NCBI GenBank assembly: GCA_947177205.1
Contig: CAMWTO010000001.1
Coordinates: 4,090-68,089 of the forward strand
DNA length: 64,000 nucleotides
Source of the DNA: an uncultured Ruminococcus sp.
Lineage (GTDB): Bacteria > Bacillota > Clostridia > Oscillospirales > Ruminococcaceae
Direction: 5' to 3'
The notes beneath the pieces are model-generated. The model was not told the DNA's origin. It searched no databases and worked only from the letters and a program-made list of their open reading frames with translations. The translations under genes and the position numbers were made by a program. Positions 25,540 through 35,401 of the stretch are shown in pieces; within the stretch, counting starts at the first letter, position 1; the number at the start of each line of letters is the position of its first letter.

Positions 25540-27231
25540 TCACCCCAGAAGATTTAATTTTTCTTTTTCCAGTAAAATTCTTTCTACGCTCTGATCAATC
25601 CGGGATTCTGAAATTCTGCCGGAATTGACGGCATCTTCCAGCGCATCGACAGAAGCCTGTAGATCGGACGGCATGAGAATGATATCCACGCCGGCATCAA
25701 TTGCCAGAACGGCGGAATCCGCCGGAGCATAACTCCCGGAAATGGTGTTCATCTGGAATGAATCCGTGATGATGATTCCATTGAAGCCGAGTTCATCCCG
25801 GAGCAGATCTGTGCAGACGGTGTAGGACAGGCAGGAAGGCATGCCGTCGCCGACGCCCGAAACGATCTGATGACTGACCATCACAAAATCCGACCCGGCA
25901 GCAATTCCAGAGCGGAACGGAATGAATTCCTGTTCCCGGAGCTGATCCAGGGATCTGTCAATGTGAACAGCGTCATCATAATGGGCGTTGCCATTTTCTG
26001 CACCAAGACCGGGGAAATGTTTCAAAGTTGCGGCAACGCCGGTACTCTGGAGCCCCTGCACAACGCCGGAAACCATGTTGGCAGTGACAGCCGGATCATC
26101 GCTGAAAATCCGGTTGCCTAATTCGTTGCCGCTGTTTAAATTGACATCGGCAACGGGTGCAAAATCAAGATTAAACCCGAATTGGGAAATATCATTTCCG
26201 AGTGTTTGTCCTACGGAGAATGCTTCGTTGAAATCGTTCCGTGTGCCGTAAGTTGCCATGGGGGATAATTTTGTCGTGCCTAATTTTTTGGCACAGCGGG
26301 CAACAAGTCCGCCTTCTTCGTCCACGGCTAAGAATAAACCAATGCCGGATTCTCTAGCGTACTGCTGAGAATTCGAGAGCATCGAGGAAACTTGAGAAGA
26401 ATTCACCAGATTATCGGCAAAATAGATGATACCGCCGACAGGACGGGAATGAATAGCATTTCTGGTTTTTTCGCCGGCGGCGGTGGCAAGACTGGAATCG
26501 GTGAGTTGTTCCGGTGTCACAACGAATAATTGATAAATTTTTTCCCGGATGGTCATCTGATCCATAATTTCCCAGACAGAACCGGATTTATAAACAACTT
26601 CCGGCTCGGTGACTTCAGTGGATTCCGGAACTTCCGGAGGTTCGGTCATTTCGGGTTGCGTGACATCCGGCACAGTAGGAGGGATTTCCGTAACAGTCTC
26701 TGTGACAGTTGTGGGATTGGATGTGACCTGCGTCGCCGTTGTTTTGGTCGTATTTTTCGTTGTAGTTTTAGAAGTATTAGAATTATTGGAATTATTTTTA
26801 GAATTGCCAGAATTATTAGAATTATTAGAATTTCCGGAATTTTTGGAAATTGTCTTAGTTACCGTCTCCGTTGTCCGAGATGATTCGCCGTTCTGTTTGG
26901 AACTTGTAGAATTCTCAGAATTTCCGGGACTTTCTGAATTTTTCGCAGATTCTGTTGATTCTGAATTTCTTGTTTCTTTCTGAGAATGTTCAAACGCAAC
27001 CAATTTAAGAGACGTTTCTGTGCCGGATTCTGTACTGTCGGAATCCGGCATCTGTTTTGTTTCTGGATTTTCTGGATTTTCTGAATTCTCTGGATTTTCC
27101 GAAATTTCCGGAATGACCGGAATTTCTCCGGTTTCCGGTTTTTTGGACTGTGTTCCGCACGCAGTCAGAAGCACAGCACAGGAAACAGCAGAAAGCAATA
27201 ATTTTAAATTATTTTTTAAATGATCCGGCAT
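25540..27231 (-). CDS. glycoside hydrolase family 3 N-terminal domain lipoprotein (NagZ-like beta-N-acetylhexosaminidase)
   Basis: 563 aa. Lipobox LLTAC|GTQ, then about 190 aa of low-complexity linker (ENPENSENPENPE, NSNNSNNSGNSKNN, T-rich, PE-rich). The GH3 core follows, with GG.I.F..N, VDEEGG, KHFPG.G and D..VM..H motifs. Confidence 0.8.
   Translation of the reverse strand: MPDHLKNNLKLLLSAVSCAVLLTACGTQSKKPETGEIPVIPEISENPENSENPENPETKQMPDSDSTESGTETSLKLVAFEHSQKETRNSESTESAKNSESPGNSENSTSSKQNGESSRTTETVTKTISKNSGNSNNSNNSGNSKNNSNNSNTSKTTTKNTTKTTATQVTSNPTTVTETVTEIPPTVPDVTQPEMTEPPEVPESTEVTEPEVVYKSGSVWEIMDQMTIREKIYQLFVVTPEQLTDSSLATAAGEKTRNAIHSRPVGGIIYFADNLVNSSQVSSMLSNSQQYARESGIGLFLAVDEEGGLVARCAKKLGTTKLSPMATYGTRNDFNEAFSVGQTLGNDISQFGFNLDFAPVADVNLNSGNELGNRIFSDDPAVTANMVSGVVQGLQSTGVAATLKHFPGLGAENGNAHYDDAVHIDRSLDQLREQEFIPFRSGIAAGSDFVMVSHQIVSGVGDGMPSCLSYTVCTDLLRDELGFNGIIITDSFQMNTISGSYAPADSAVLAIDAGVDIILMPSDLQASVDALEDAVNSGRISESRIDQSVERILLEKEKLNLLG
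26779..26853 (-). repeat. imperfect 9-bp tandem repeat (RGAATTNNN on the plus strand; AAT AAT TCT on the coding strand) encoding (N/G/K)-N-S units
   Basis: Eight consecutive 9-mers with one 3-nt insertion: AGAATTATT GGAATTATT (TTT) AGAATTGCC AGAATTATT AGAATTATT AGAATTTCC GGAATTTTT GGAAATTGT. Confidence 0.85.
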
Positions 27232-27234
27232 AAA

Positions 27235-28686
27235 TTAATACGCCTTTCCCCAGAGAACCATGTGTTTTGCGGGTTTTCCACAGCAGACACAAGTATCTGA
27301 AATCTGTTTCTGTTCAAACGGAATGCATCTTGAACCTGCACCGGTCTGCGCCTTGACTTCATCCTCGCAGGATTCCTCACCGCACCACATTGCTTCGATG
27401 AATCCGTCGCCTTTTTCAGCAAGCGCCTGATTGATTTCATCAATGGTACGGCACTGGTATGTTTTGTTCTTTCTGTTCTCCAGTGCAGCCGTATATAATC
27501 CGTCATGGACTTCCTGCAATTTGGATTTTACGCTTGTCACAAGATCATCCAAAGAAATGGTTGTCTTTTCAGAATTGTGACGTGTTGCAATGACGCACTG
27601 ATTTGCGGCAATATCACGAGGACCAATCTCGACACGAACAGGGACGCCCTTCATTTCGTATTCGGCGAATTTCCAACCGGGAGAATTCTCGGAATCATCC
27701 AGTTTGACACGGATTCCGGCATTTTTTAATTCCTGATAGAGTGCATTTGCTTTTTCCAGGACACCTTCTTTGTGCATTGCAGCCGGCACAATCACGACTT
27801 GAATCGGCGCAATTGCCGGAGGAAGAACTAAGCCATTATTGTCACCGTGTGTCATAATGATTGCGCCGATCAGTCTTGTTGTCACGCCCCAGCTTGTCTG
27901 ATGAGGAAATTCCAGCGTGTTATTTTTGCCGGCGAACTGGATGTTAAATGCTTTGGCGAATCCATCCCCGAAGTAATGGGAAGTACCAGCCTGGAGCGCC
28001 TTGCCGTCATGCATGAGTGCTTCAATTGCATAAGTAGACACCGCACCGGCGAATTTATCGCTTTCGGTTTTTTTGCCCTGAACGACAGGCATTGCAAGGG
28101 AATTTTTGCAGAATTCTGTGTAGATATTCAGCATTCTTTCTGTTTCTTCAATTGCTTCCTCGGCAGTCGCATGGATCGTGTGCCCCTCCTGCCAGAGAAA
28201 TTCACGGGAACGCAGGAACGGTCTTGTGGTTTTTTCCCAACGAACGACATTCACCCATTGATTGTATAATTTGGGGAGATCCCTGTAGGAATGGACGGTC
28301 TGTGCATAGTGTTCGCAGAACAGCGTCTCAGAAGTCGGACGGACGCAGAGCCTTTCTTCAAGTTTTTCCGTACCGCCGTGCGTGACCCAGGCAACTTCGG
28401 GAGCGAATCCTTCGACGTGATCCTTTTCTTTCTGGAGCAGAGATTCGGGAATGAACATCGGCATGCACACGTTTTCATGTCCGGCTTCCTTGAACATGGA
28501 ATCCAGAATTTTCTGGATATTTTCCCAGATCGCATAACCGTAAGGACGGATCACCATACAGCCCTTGACGCTGGTGTAAGCAATCAGTTCTGCTTTTTTG
28601 ACAATGTCTGTATACCACTGCGCAAAGTCTTCTTCCATGGATGTAATCGCCTCAACGGCTTTTTTCTGATTCTGATTTTTAGCCAT
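27235..28686 (-). CDS. proS: proline--tRNA ligase (archaeal/eukaryote-like class II form)
   Basis: 483 aa. F..WY......AEL......VKGC.V.RP.G..IWE.I, class II motifs, and a C-terminal zinc-type C..C...C.CCGK..K..V.WGKAY. Confidence 0.93.
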   Translation of the reverse strand: MAKNQNQKKAVEAITSMEEDFAQWYTDIVKKAELIAYTSVKGCMVIRPYGYAIWENIQKILDSMFKEAGHENVCMPMFIPESLLQKEKDHVEGFAPEVAWVTHGGTEKLEERLCVRPTSETLFCEHYAQTVHSYRDLPKLYNQWVNVVRWEKTTRPFLRSREFLWQEGHTIHATAEEAIEETERMLNIYTEFCKNSLAMPVVQGKKTESDKFAGAVSTYAIEALMHDGKALQAGTSHYFGDGFAKAFNIQFAGKNNTLEFPHQTSWGVTTRLIGAIIMTHGDNNGLVLPPAIAPIQVVIVPAAMHKEGVLEKANALYQELKNAGIRVKLDDSENSPGWKFAEYEMKGVPVRVEIGPRDIAANQCVIATRHNSEKTTISLDDLVTSVKSKLQEVHDGLYTAALENRKNKTYQCRTIDEINQALAEKGDGFIEAMWCGEESCEDEVKAQTGAGSRCIPFEQKQISDTCVCCGKPAKHMVLWGKAY

Positions 28687-28715
28687 GATAAAAAATCCTT
28701 TCTGATTTTAAAATA

Positions 28716-29039
28716 TTAATTATTTTTATTTTTTTTCTTGACAGCAACAACGGCTTTTTTTGATTTTTTCTTCTGAAAGTCTGGAGAATTTTCAGAGTCC
28801 GGAATTTCTGATTTTCCGGATTCTTCCGGAGGCAGTTCATAAATTGACCGGACGGTATATAATCTCGGATCTTCGGGAGATTTTTTTCCGCCGTGGGATT
28901 TTTTGTAGTTTGCAATCCAGGAATCGACATGCTTCGCCATCCAGGGCGTGAGGACGGCAATCAGAAAAATCACAGCAAACACGCCAAGGGATTTGAGCAG
29001 GAATTCCAGAATCATACCAACATCGACAGTCTCCTTCAT
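28716..29039 (-). CDS. small single-pass membrane protein
   Basis: 107 aa. One TM helix (LGVFAVIFLIAVLTPW), then a charged tail with E-N-S-P and K-rich segments. GGAGGTG RBS. First gene of the proS transcription unit. Confidence 0.5.
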   Translation of the reverse strand: MKETVDVGMILEFLLKSLGVFAVIFLIAVLTPWMAKHVDSWIANYKKSHGGKKSPEDPRLYTVRSIYELPPEESGKSEIPDSENSPDFQKKKSKKAVVAVKKKNKNN

Positions 29040-29085
29040 GGGATTTGATACACCTCCGGTTTTTAAATTTATTTGATCTGATATT

Positions 29086-29114
29086 ATTATAGCATAGTTT
29101 TCCGGATTTGTAAA
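29086..29114 (-). promoter_or_regulatory. sigma-A-type promoter for the small membrane protein-proS unit
   Basis: Minus strand: TTTACA - 17 nt (AATCCGGAAAACTATGC) - TATAAT. The spacer is 14/17 identical to the typA promoter spacer. Confidence 0.7.
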
Positions 29115-29129
29115 TAGTTTTATGCAGGA

Positions 29130-30407
29130 TTATGCCTCATTTGTCCTGGCGTTGGCAAGCATTAATTTAATCCGGTTTTCCTGGTTGACACGGGTTGCGC
29201 CGGGGTCGTAGTCAATGGCAATGATGTTCGCATCCGGATAATGTTCTTTCACAGCCCGGCTCATGCCTTTGGCAATGATGTGATTGGGCAGACAGCCGAA
29301 CGGCTGGGCACAGATAATATTTTTCGTTCCGCTTTCGGCAAGCGCCCCCATTTCTGCCGGGATCAACCATCCCTCGCCCATATTCACGCCCAGATTGATA
29401 TAACGCTTGACGGATTCGACTAAATGCTCGAAATCATGCGGAGGTGTAAATACGCCATGTTCCTTGATGATTCTGGCAACTTCTTTCTGTTTTTCCAGGA
29501 ACATTCTGTAAATCATGTGATAAATCGGCGTGGAAATGTTCGTTTTGCCGTAAAGTTTGGCATCATGAAGCTTGTTGACGCAATAATACAGCACAAATTC
29601 CAGCATGGACGGAACGACCGGTTCACATCCCTCAGAAATCAGGAAGTCTTCCAGGTGATTATTTGCCAGGGGGGAATATTTGACATAAATTTCCCCGACA
29701 ATTCCGACTTTGATCCGGGGAATCCGGGAGCGTTCAATTCTGGCAAAATCCGCAAGCATTAATTTATAATATTTTTTTGTATTCGTGTAATCTTTGGTGT
29801 TCAGGACTTTGCGCATGGTATGAATCCATTTGTCAAGGCATTTTTTGGAACTGCCCTTGATTAATTCGTAAGAACGGCACTGATTATAGAGACTCTGAAG
29901 AATATCGCCGTAGATCAGACTATAGATAGACCGGATAATCATGGGCATGGACATGTGCCAGCCATTCCGGGGATCTTTTTCAAGTCCGACGAAATTCAGG
30001 GAGATTACGGGGACTTGCGGAAACGTATCTTTCAGGGCTTTGCGGAGCAGATAAATATAATTGGATGCCCGGCAGCCGCCGCCGGTCTGAGGGAGCATGA
30101 GTGCTGTTCTGTCCGGATCATATTTGCCGCTTTTGAGTGCTTCCATGAATAAACCAATGCACAGCAATGCCGGATAGCACGTGTCATTGTGGACGTTTTT
30201 CAGTCCTTCTTCCACAACATTCCGGGATTCGCTGTGCAGGACTTCACAACGATAACCGTAATGTCCGAACACACTGATCAGCAATTCAAAATGGATTTCG
30301 AGCATGGTCGGAATCAGAATGACATGCGTTTCTTTCATTTCGGGGGTAAAGATCGGGTAGCCGTCCCCGGACAATTCAACATGGCAGTTGCAGGAATTTT
30401 CAGGCAT
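29130..30407 (-). CDS. 2-hydroxyacyl-CoA dehydratase / double-cubane-cluster-protein-like subunit (partner of the activase)
   Basis: 425 aa. Conserved Cys positions (..NDTCYPAL.., ..GGGCRASNY.., ..QPFGCLPNH..) are typical of the HgdB/BcrBC/DUF2229-related family. Lies immediately downstream of the activase gene. Confidence 0.6.
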   Translation of the reverse strand: MPENSCNCHVELSGDGYPIFTPEMKETHVILIPTMLEIHFELLISVFGHYGYRCEVLHSESRNVVEEGLKNVHNDTCYPALLCIGLFMEALKSGKYDPDRTALMLPQTGGGCRASNYIYLLRKALKDTFPQVPVISLNFVGLEKDPRNGWHMSMPMIIRSIYSLIYGDILQSLYNQCRSYELIKGSSKKCLDKWIHTMRKVLNTKDYTNTKKYYKLMLADFARIERSRIPRIKVGIVGEIYVKYSPLANNHLEDFLISEGCEPVVPSMLEFVLYYCVNKLHDAKLYGKTNISTPIYHMIYRMFLEKQKEVARIIKEHGVFTPPHDFEHLVESVKRYINLGVNMGEGWLIPAEMGALAESGTKNIICAQPFGCLPNHIIAKGMSRAVKEHYPDANIIAIDYDPGATRVNQENRIKLMLANARTNEA

Positions 30408-30475
30408 ATAGCAGGGATTCTCCTTTCTGGTTTCTCTGATTTTTCTGGTTTCTGAAATTTGATCTATTTTAAAAT

Positions 30476-33412
30476 TTATGCATTCATTGCCGCCAGAAGA
30501 CTTCTCAGGCGGATTTTTGCCGCACCAAGATTGGTGATTTCGTCAATTTTAAGCTGTGTGTAGAGTTTTCCGGAAGATTCCAGAATACGCCGGACTTCGT
30601 CAGTGGTAATGGCATCAATACCGCATCCGAACGAAACAAGCTGCACGAGCTGCATATCCGGCTGTGTCGTGACGTACTGTGCCGCACGGTAAAGCCGGCT
30701 ATGATACGTCCATTGGTTGTGCACATGGAGCTTCGGCATCTCGCCGAGCTGTGCAACGCTGTCCTCCGTCACAACGGCAAGCCCCAGACTGGTAATTAAT
30801 TTGTGAATGCCGTGATTGATTTCCTTGTCCAGGTGATAGGGACGACCGGCAAGAACGATAATCTTGCGTTGTTCTGATCTTGCCTGCGCAATGACTTTTT
30901 TGGCCTGTTCTGTAAGATCTTTCCGGAATGCTGCCTGTGCCTGGTAAGCCGCTTTCACGGCATCCGGGATGAATTTCTGAATTTTATAATTGGCAAGTAA
31001 TTTTTTCATGACAGAAATGACATGTTTGGGATTGTTCAGATCCAGATACGGATAGAGAAAATTTTCAGAATTCAGACTGCTGTGATTGGCTTTCATCAGT
31101 TCCGGATAGTATGCCACAACAGGACAGTTAAAATGATGACTGGTATCGGATTCCTGAATATTATACGTCATGCACGGCCAGAAAATGAAATCTACTTGTT
31201 TTTCCAGGAGCGTTTCCATATGTCCGTGCGCAATCTTTGCCGGATAGCAGACAGTATCGGACGGAATGGTGTGCTGTCCCTTGAAGTAAGTTTTACGAGT
31301 GCTTTCGCCGGAGATGACGACTTCAAAGCCCAGACTGGTAAAGAATTTATGCCAGAACGGGAGCAGTTCATAATAATTCAGGACGAAGGGGATGCCGACC
31401 GTGCCACGTTTCCGGGCTGGTTTTTTCTTAACAAGATCGAGAATTTTCTGATATTTGTAACTATACAGATCCGGAATTTCTGTTTCTCGTTTGATGCCGG
31501 CCCCTTTTTCACAGCGATTTCCGGAAATGAATTTTCCACCGTCGGAGAATCGAATCACATTTAACAAGCAATTTGCTGTACAGCCGCCGCAGCGGATATT
31601 TTTGGAAGTATAACTGAAATGTTCCAGTGCTTCCGGAGAGATTAATTGATTGTTATTTAAGTTTTTTAAATCCTGGGCATGTTCTTTGGCATAGAGCGCC
31701 GCACCGAATGCTCCCATTAATCCGGAGATTGCCGGACGGATGACATTCCTGCCGATTTCACGCTCAAAACAGCGCAGAACAGCGTCGTTCAGGAACGTAC
31801 CGCCCTGCACGACAATATTTTTGCCCAGTTCATCAACGCTCTTGGCACGAATGACTTTATAAATTGCATTTTTGATAATAGACGCAGACAATCCGGCGGA
31901 GATGTCCTCGACCGTTGCGCCGTCTTTCTGGGCTTGTTTGACACTGCTGTTCATGAAGACCGTGCATCTTGATCCTAATTCGACGGGATTTTCAGCGAAT
32001 AAGCCCATCTGGGAGAATTCTGTAATGTCGTAGCCGAGCGCCATGGCAAATGTCTGGATGAATGAACCGCATCCGGAAGAACACGCCTCATTGAGCATAA
32101 TGCTGTCAATTGTGCCGTTTTTTATCTTGAAACATTTCATATCCTGACCGCCGATGTCGATAATAAAATCCACGTCGGGGCAGAAAAAAGATGCCGCCTT
32201 GAAATGCGCAACCGTCTCCACAATTCCGAAATTCACGGACAATCCGGCTTTGATCAGATCTTCGCCGTAACCTGTCACGGCGCTTGCACGGATGTTCAAT
32301 CCGGGATTTTTATTTTGATAAATCTGTTTTAATTTTGATGCAATCTTATCCAGCGGCTGACCCTCGTTTGAACCGTAATAGTGATATAATAATCTGCCGT
32401 CTTCCGTAATTAAGACTAATTTTGTCGTAGTTGATCCGGAATCAATGCCAAGATAGGCATCACCGGTGTAAGTCTTCAGATCGGCATAACGCAGATCACA
32501 TTGTTTGTGCCGTTCGATGAATCTGGCATATTCTTCATGGGATGCAAATAATGTTTCACCGGTCATGACATCAGAAACCGTTCTGGCATTCCGGACTTTT
32601 TCTAATAATGTTTCAGCAGACTTGGGAAAGTCCTTGCTTTGCTTTGCGTAGAGGGCGCTTCCCAGGGCGACAAAAACAGGGGCTTGTTCCGGGAAAATAG
32701 CCTGATTTTCGGATAATCCTAACGTTTCGACAAATGCTTTGCGCAAACCTTTCTGGAACGAGAGGGGACCGCCCAGAAAGAGAATATTGCCTTTGATTTC
32801 TCTGCCCTGGGCAAGTCCGGCAACGGTTTGATCGACAACTGCTCTGAAAATGCTTGCGGCAATGTCCTCCCTGGCTGCGCCCTGGTTCAGCAGCGGCTGA
32901 ATGTCGGATTTTGCAAACACGCCGCACCGGGATGCAATCGGATAAGTCCGGCTTGCTTTGAGGGATGCTTCATCCAGTTCCTGGACGGTAATCCCCAGGA
33001 GCGTTGCCATCTGGTCAATAAAAGCGCCCGTTCCGCCGGCGCAGGAACCGTTCATGCGCTGTTCAACGCCGCCGGTGAGGAAAATAATTTTGGCATCTTC
33101 GCCGCCAAGTTCGATTACGGTATCCGCCTGCGGATAGCATGTCCGGACAGCAAGAAAAGCGGCGTGGACTTCCTGGACGAACGCAATGCCGGCGGCGTTG
33201 GCAAGACCCAGACCGGCAGAACCGGTCATAGCGGTGCAGAACTGTGCATCCGGAAATTTTTTGGCAATATTTTGCAGCTGAGCGGCGACCGTTTCCCGGA
33301 CTTTTGAGAAATGCCGTTCATACGCAGAATGCAAAATCTGGTTATGTTCGTCGCATACAACTGTCTTGACCGTTGTCGAGCCGACGTCGATTCCCAAAGA
33401 ATAAGATTTCAT
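30476..33412 (-). CDS. acyl-CoA dehydratase activase-type protein with two BcrAD/BadFG ATPase domains plus a C-terminal Cys-rich domain
   Basis: 978 aa. Two actin-fold ATPase modules (LGIDVGSTTVK.. and LGIDSGSTTTK..), each with a cluster-bridging Cys context (..NGSCAGGTGAF.. / ..NEACSSGCGSF..). The C-terminal half has CGGCTANC and further conserved Cys residues. Confidence 0.8.
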   Translation of the reverse strand: MKSYSLGIDVGSTTVKTVVCDEHNQILHSAYERHFSKVRETVAAQLQNIAKKFPDAQFCTAMTGSAGLGLANAAGIAFVQEVHAAFLAVRTCYPQADTVIELGGEDAKIIFLTGGVEQRMNGSCAGGTGAFIDQMATLLGITVQELDEASLKASRTYPIASRCGVFAKSDIQPLLNQGAAREDIAASIFRAVVDQTVAGLAQGREIKGNILFLGGPLSFQKGLRKAFVETLGLSENQAIFPEQAPVFVALGSALYAKQSKDFPKSAETLLEKVRNARTVSDVMTGETLFASHEEYARFIERHKQCDLRYADLKTYTGDAYLGIDSGSTTTKLVLITEDGRLLYHYYGSNEGQPLDKIASKLKQIYQNKNPGLNIRASAVTGYGEDLIKAGLSVNFGIVETVAHFKAASFFCPDVDFIIDIGGQDMKCFKIKNGTIDSIMLNEACSSGCGSFIQTFAMALGYDITEFSQMGLFAENPVELGSRCTVFMNSSVKQAQKDGATVEDISAGLSASIIKNAIYKVIRAKSVDELGKNIVVQGGTFLNDAVLRCFEREIGRNVIRPAISGLMGAFGAALYAKEHAQDLKNLNNNQLISPEALEHFSYTSKNIRCGGCTANCLLNVIRFSDGGKFISGNRCEKGAGIKRETEIPDLYSYKYQKILDLVKKKPARKRGTVGIPFVLNYYELLPFWHKFFTSLGFEVVISGESTRKTYFKGQHTIPSDTVCYPAKIAHGHMETLLEKQVDFIFWPCMTYNIQESDTSHHFNCPVVAYYPELMKANHSSLNSENFLYPYLDLNNPKHVISVMKKLLANYKIQKFIPDAVKAAYQAQAAFRKDLTEQAKKVIAQARSEQRKIIVLAGRPYHLDKEINHGIHKLITSLGLAVVTEDSVAQLGEMPKLHVHNQWTYHSRLYRAAQYVTTQPDMQLVQLVSFGCGIDAITTDEVRRILESSGKLYTQLKIDEITNLGAAKIRLRSLLAAMNA

Positions 33413-33463
33413 GAATAAAGTTCCTCCAAAATTAACAGTGAGTTATTTAATTTAATTTTAATT

Positions 33464-33850
33464 TTATTCATCATCTGTCAGTAATGGTTCTGACAGGGTC
33501 TGTAAACAGAACAGCTGATAGCTGTCTTCTGGGGAGATTTCCCGGATGATCTGCGCCAAAGGATGACGGTCGAGATTTTCTGATCTGATGTAGATTTTCA
33601 GAAACCTGATGAGTGTCGAGCCGTTTAAATTTGCTGTAAAGTCGGATTCAGATTCGGATTTTAAATTGCTTTTGATGTTTTCCGCACCGGCTTTGCGCAA
33701 ATGATTCAGGACTTCTTCGATCCAAAGTATACGAAAATAAAAATTATATTCCAGTTCCACTAGTTCTCGGCGAGCGTCTTCACCTTGTTTTTGCAGGAAA
33801 ATGCTCTTCACAGGCTGTGGATTATAAAGAATGTCCAATGGTTCACTCAT
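33464..33850 (-). CDS. hypothetical protein (first gene upstream of the activase)
   Basis: 128 aa, no TM segment, no family recognised. Co-directional with the activase gene, separated by a 51-nt A/T-rich gap. Confidence 0.5.
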   Translation of the reverse strand: MSEPLDILYNPQPVKSIFLQKQGEDARRELVELEYNFYFRILWIEEVLNHLRKAGAENIKSNLKSESESDFTANLNGSTLIRFLKIYIRSENLDRHPLAQIIREISPEDSYQLFCLQTLSEPLLTDDE

Positions 33851-33933
33851 GATAATTTTAGCACGTTCCTTTCTGAATATATTATATAATATATAATTTA
33901 GTAGCAGTCCGGCTTGATTTTGTTACAGAAATT

Positions 33934-35148
33934 TTATATTAAATGATCTTCGTGAATGATCCGGGAATTTTCTATGAAAATCCGGGGAATCCGTTTTGAG
34001 ATGCCGCAGACGATTTCATAGCCAATTGTGCCGCAAAGTCCGGCGATGTCGTCCGCCGTGATGGATGCCTTGCCATCCTGCCCGCTCAATGTGACGATTT
34101 CGCCCGGCTGGATTTCCAATTCTTCCGGAATTCTAGAAATATCAATCATGGTCTGATCCATGCAGACACGTCCCACAATGGGACAACGGATTCCCCGGAC
34201 AAGCATTTCTCCCTGATTGGATAAGGCTCTTGGATAGCCGTCAGCATAGCCGATTGTCACAGTAGCGATTCTTCGGGTGATTTCTGCCTTGTAGGTTCTG
34301 CCGTAGCTGATGCAGTCTCCCGGACGGATGGTCTTGATATGGCTGATTCTGGAATAGAATGATAAAACTGGTTTGACCGGAATCGGCACGGCAAGCGCAG
34401 AGTTGGGCATCAGCCCGTACATAATGATGCCGGCTCTTGCCAGTGTGCTGTCTGATCCGGTTTCCGAGTCATTGTGATAACAGATTCCGGCACTGTTCAG
34501 AAAATGCACATGCCGGAGTGGAATATTCTTTTCCTGGAGCATCTGTGCTGCCCGAATAATGGATCTTTTCTGTCGTGCAGTATAGGCAATATTCTTGGAA
34601 TCTGGTTCATCTGCAACGGAGAAATGTGTAAAAATGCCGTCAATTTTCAGATGCTTTAGTGCATGGATTTTCTGCATGATTTCTATTACATTCTGACGCT
34701 CCTGTGCAGATTTCGCAGATAGTCCGATCCGTCCCATGCCGGTATCTAATTTGATATGGCATTTTAATTTTAAATTATTTTCCGGATCATTTTCTAAATA
34801 ATTTTCTAATTCCCGTGCATATTCTTCCGATAAAATCGCTTGTATGATATGTTCCTGTGCAAGAACCGGCGCACATTCCGGTGCAGTATATCCCAGAATC
34901 AGAATTTCGCCATCCGGACACCAACGGCGAACTCTGACGGCTTCTTCAAAGCTAGACACCGCATAGAACCGGATTCCCAGATTGTATAATTTTTTGCAGA
35001 TGAATTCTTCCCCGTGCCCATAGGCATCCGCTTTGACCACGGCGCAGAATTCTGTACCGGGATGGAGCTGTTCCTGGATCAGACGGACATTTTCAGCCAG
35101 GGCATCCAGGGAAATTTCCGCCCAGGCTCTTTTACGGTAGTTTTGCAT
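33934..35148 (-). CDS. alr: alanine racemase
   Basis: About 404 aa from ATG 35148. PLP-lysine motif AVVKADAYGHG and a C-terminal Y..GY..R motif region. Confidence 0.9.
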   Translation of the reverse strand: MQNYRKRAWAEISLDALAENVRLIQEQLHPGTEFCAVVKADAYGHGEEFICKKLYNLGIRFYAVSSFEEAVRVRRWCPDGEILILGYTAPECAPVLAQEHIIQAILSEEYARELENYLENDPENNLKLKCHIKLDTGMGRIGLSAKSAQERQNVIEIMQKIHALKHLKIDGIFTHFSVADEPDSKNIAYTARQKRSIIRAAQMLQEKNIPLRHVHFLNSAGICYHNDSETGSDSTLARAGIIMYGLMPNSALAVPIPVKPVLSFYSRISHIKTIRPGDCISYGRTYKAEITRRIATVTIGYADGYPRALSNQGEMLVRGIRCPIVGRVCMDQTMIDISRIPEELEIQPGEIVTLSGQDGKASITADDIAGLCGTIGYEIVCGISKRIPRIFIENSRIIHEDHLI

Positions 35149-35234
35149 AACATACACCCTCTTGTATTCTCATAATTCATAATTTAATTTTTAAATTTAT
35201 TTTTATATTTTCTAAAATATCAGGAAAAATCAAC

Positions 35235-35290
35235 AAAAAACAGTCTGTTCAGAAAATATTTTTAGGCAATTCGCAACAGAACTGTTTTTT
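35235..35290. terminator. A6 - imperfect hairpin - T10 bidirectional terminator-like element
   Basis: CAGTCTGTT (35241-35249) pairs with AACAGAACTG (35275-35284), with one bulged A. A6 (35235-35240) can pair with the T-run (35285-35290). The loop is 25 nt. T-runs follow on both strands. Confidence 0.45.
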
Positions 35291-35315
35291 TTTTCGGAAA
35301 ATTCTCTTTTTCTAC

Positions 35316-35344
35316 TTGTGATTTTCACACAGATATGTTATAAT
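35316..35344 (+). promoter_or_regulatory. sigma-A-type promoter for the DUF1273 gene
   Basis: TTGTGA - 17 nt - TATAAT, with a TGT extended -10. Confidence 0.6.
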
Positions 35345-35401
35345 AATATAATAAAATTTAAAATTTATAAAATTTTGTTTTCAGAAAGGATTTATCCGTT
35401 C

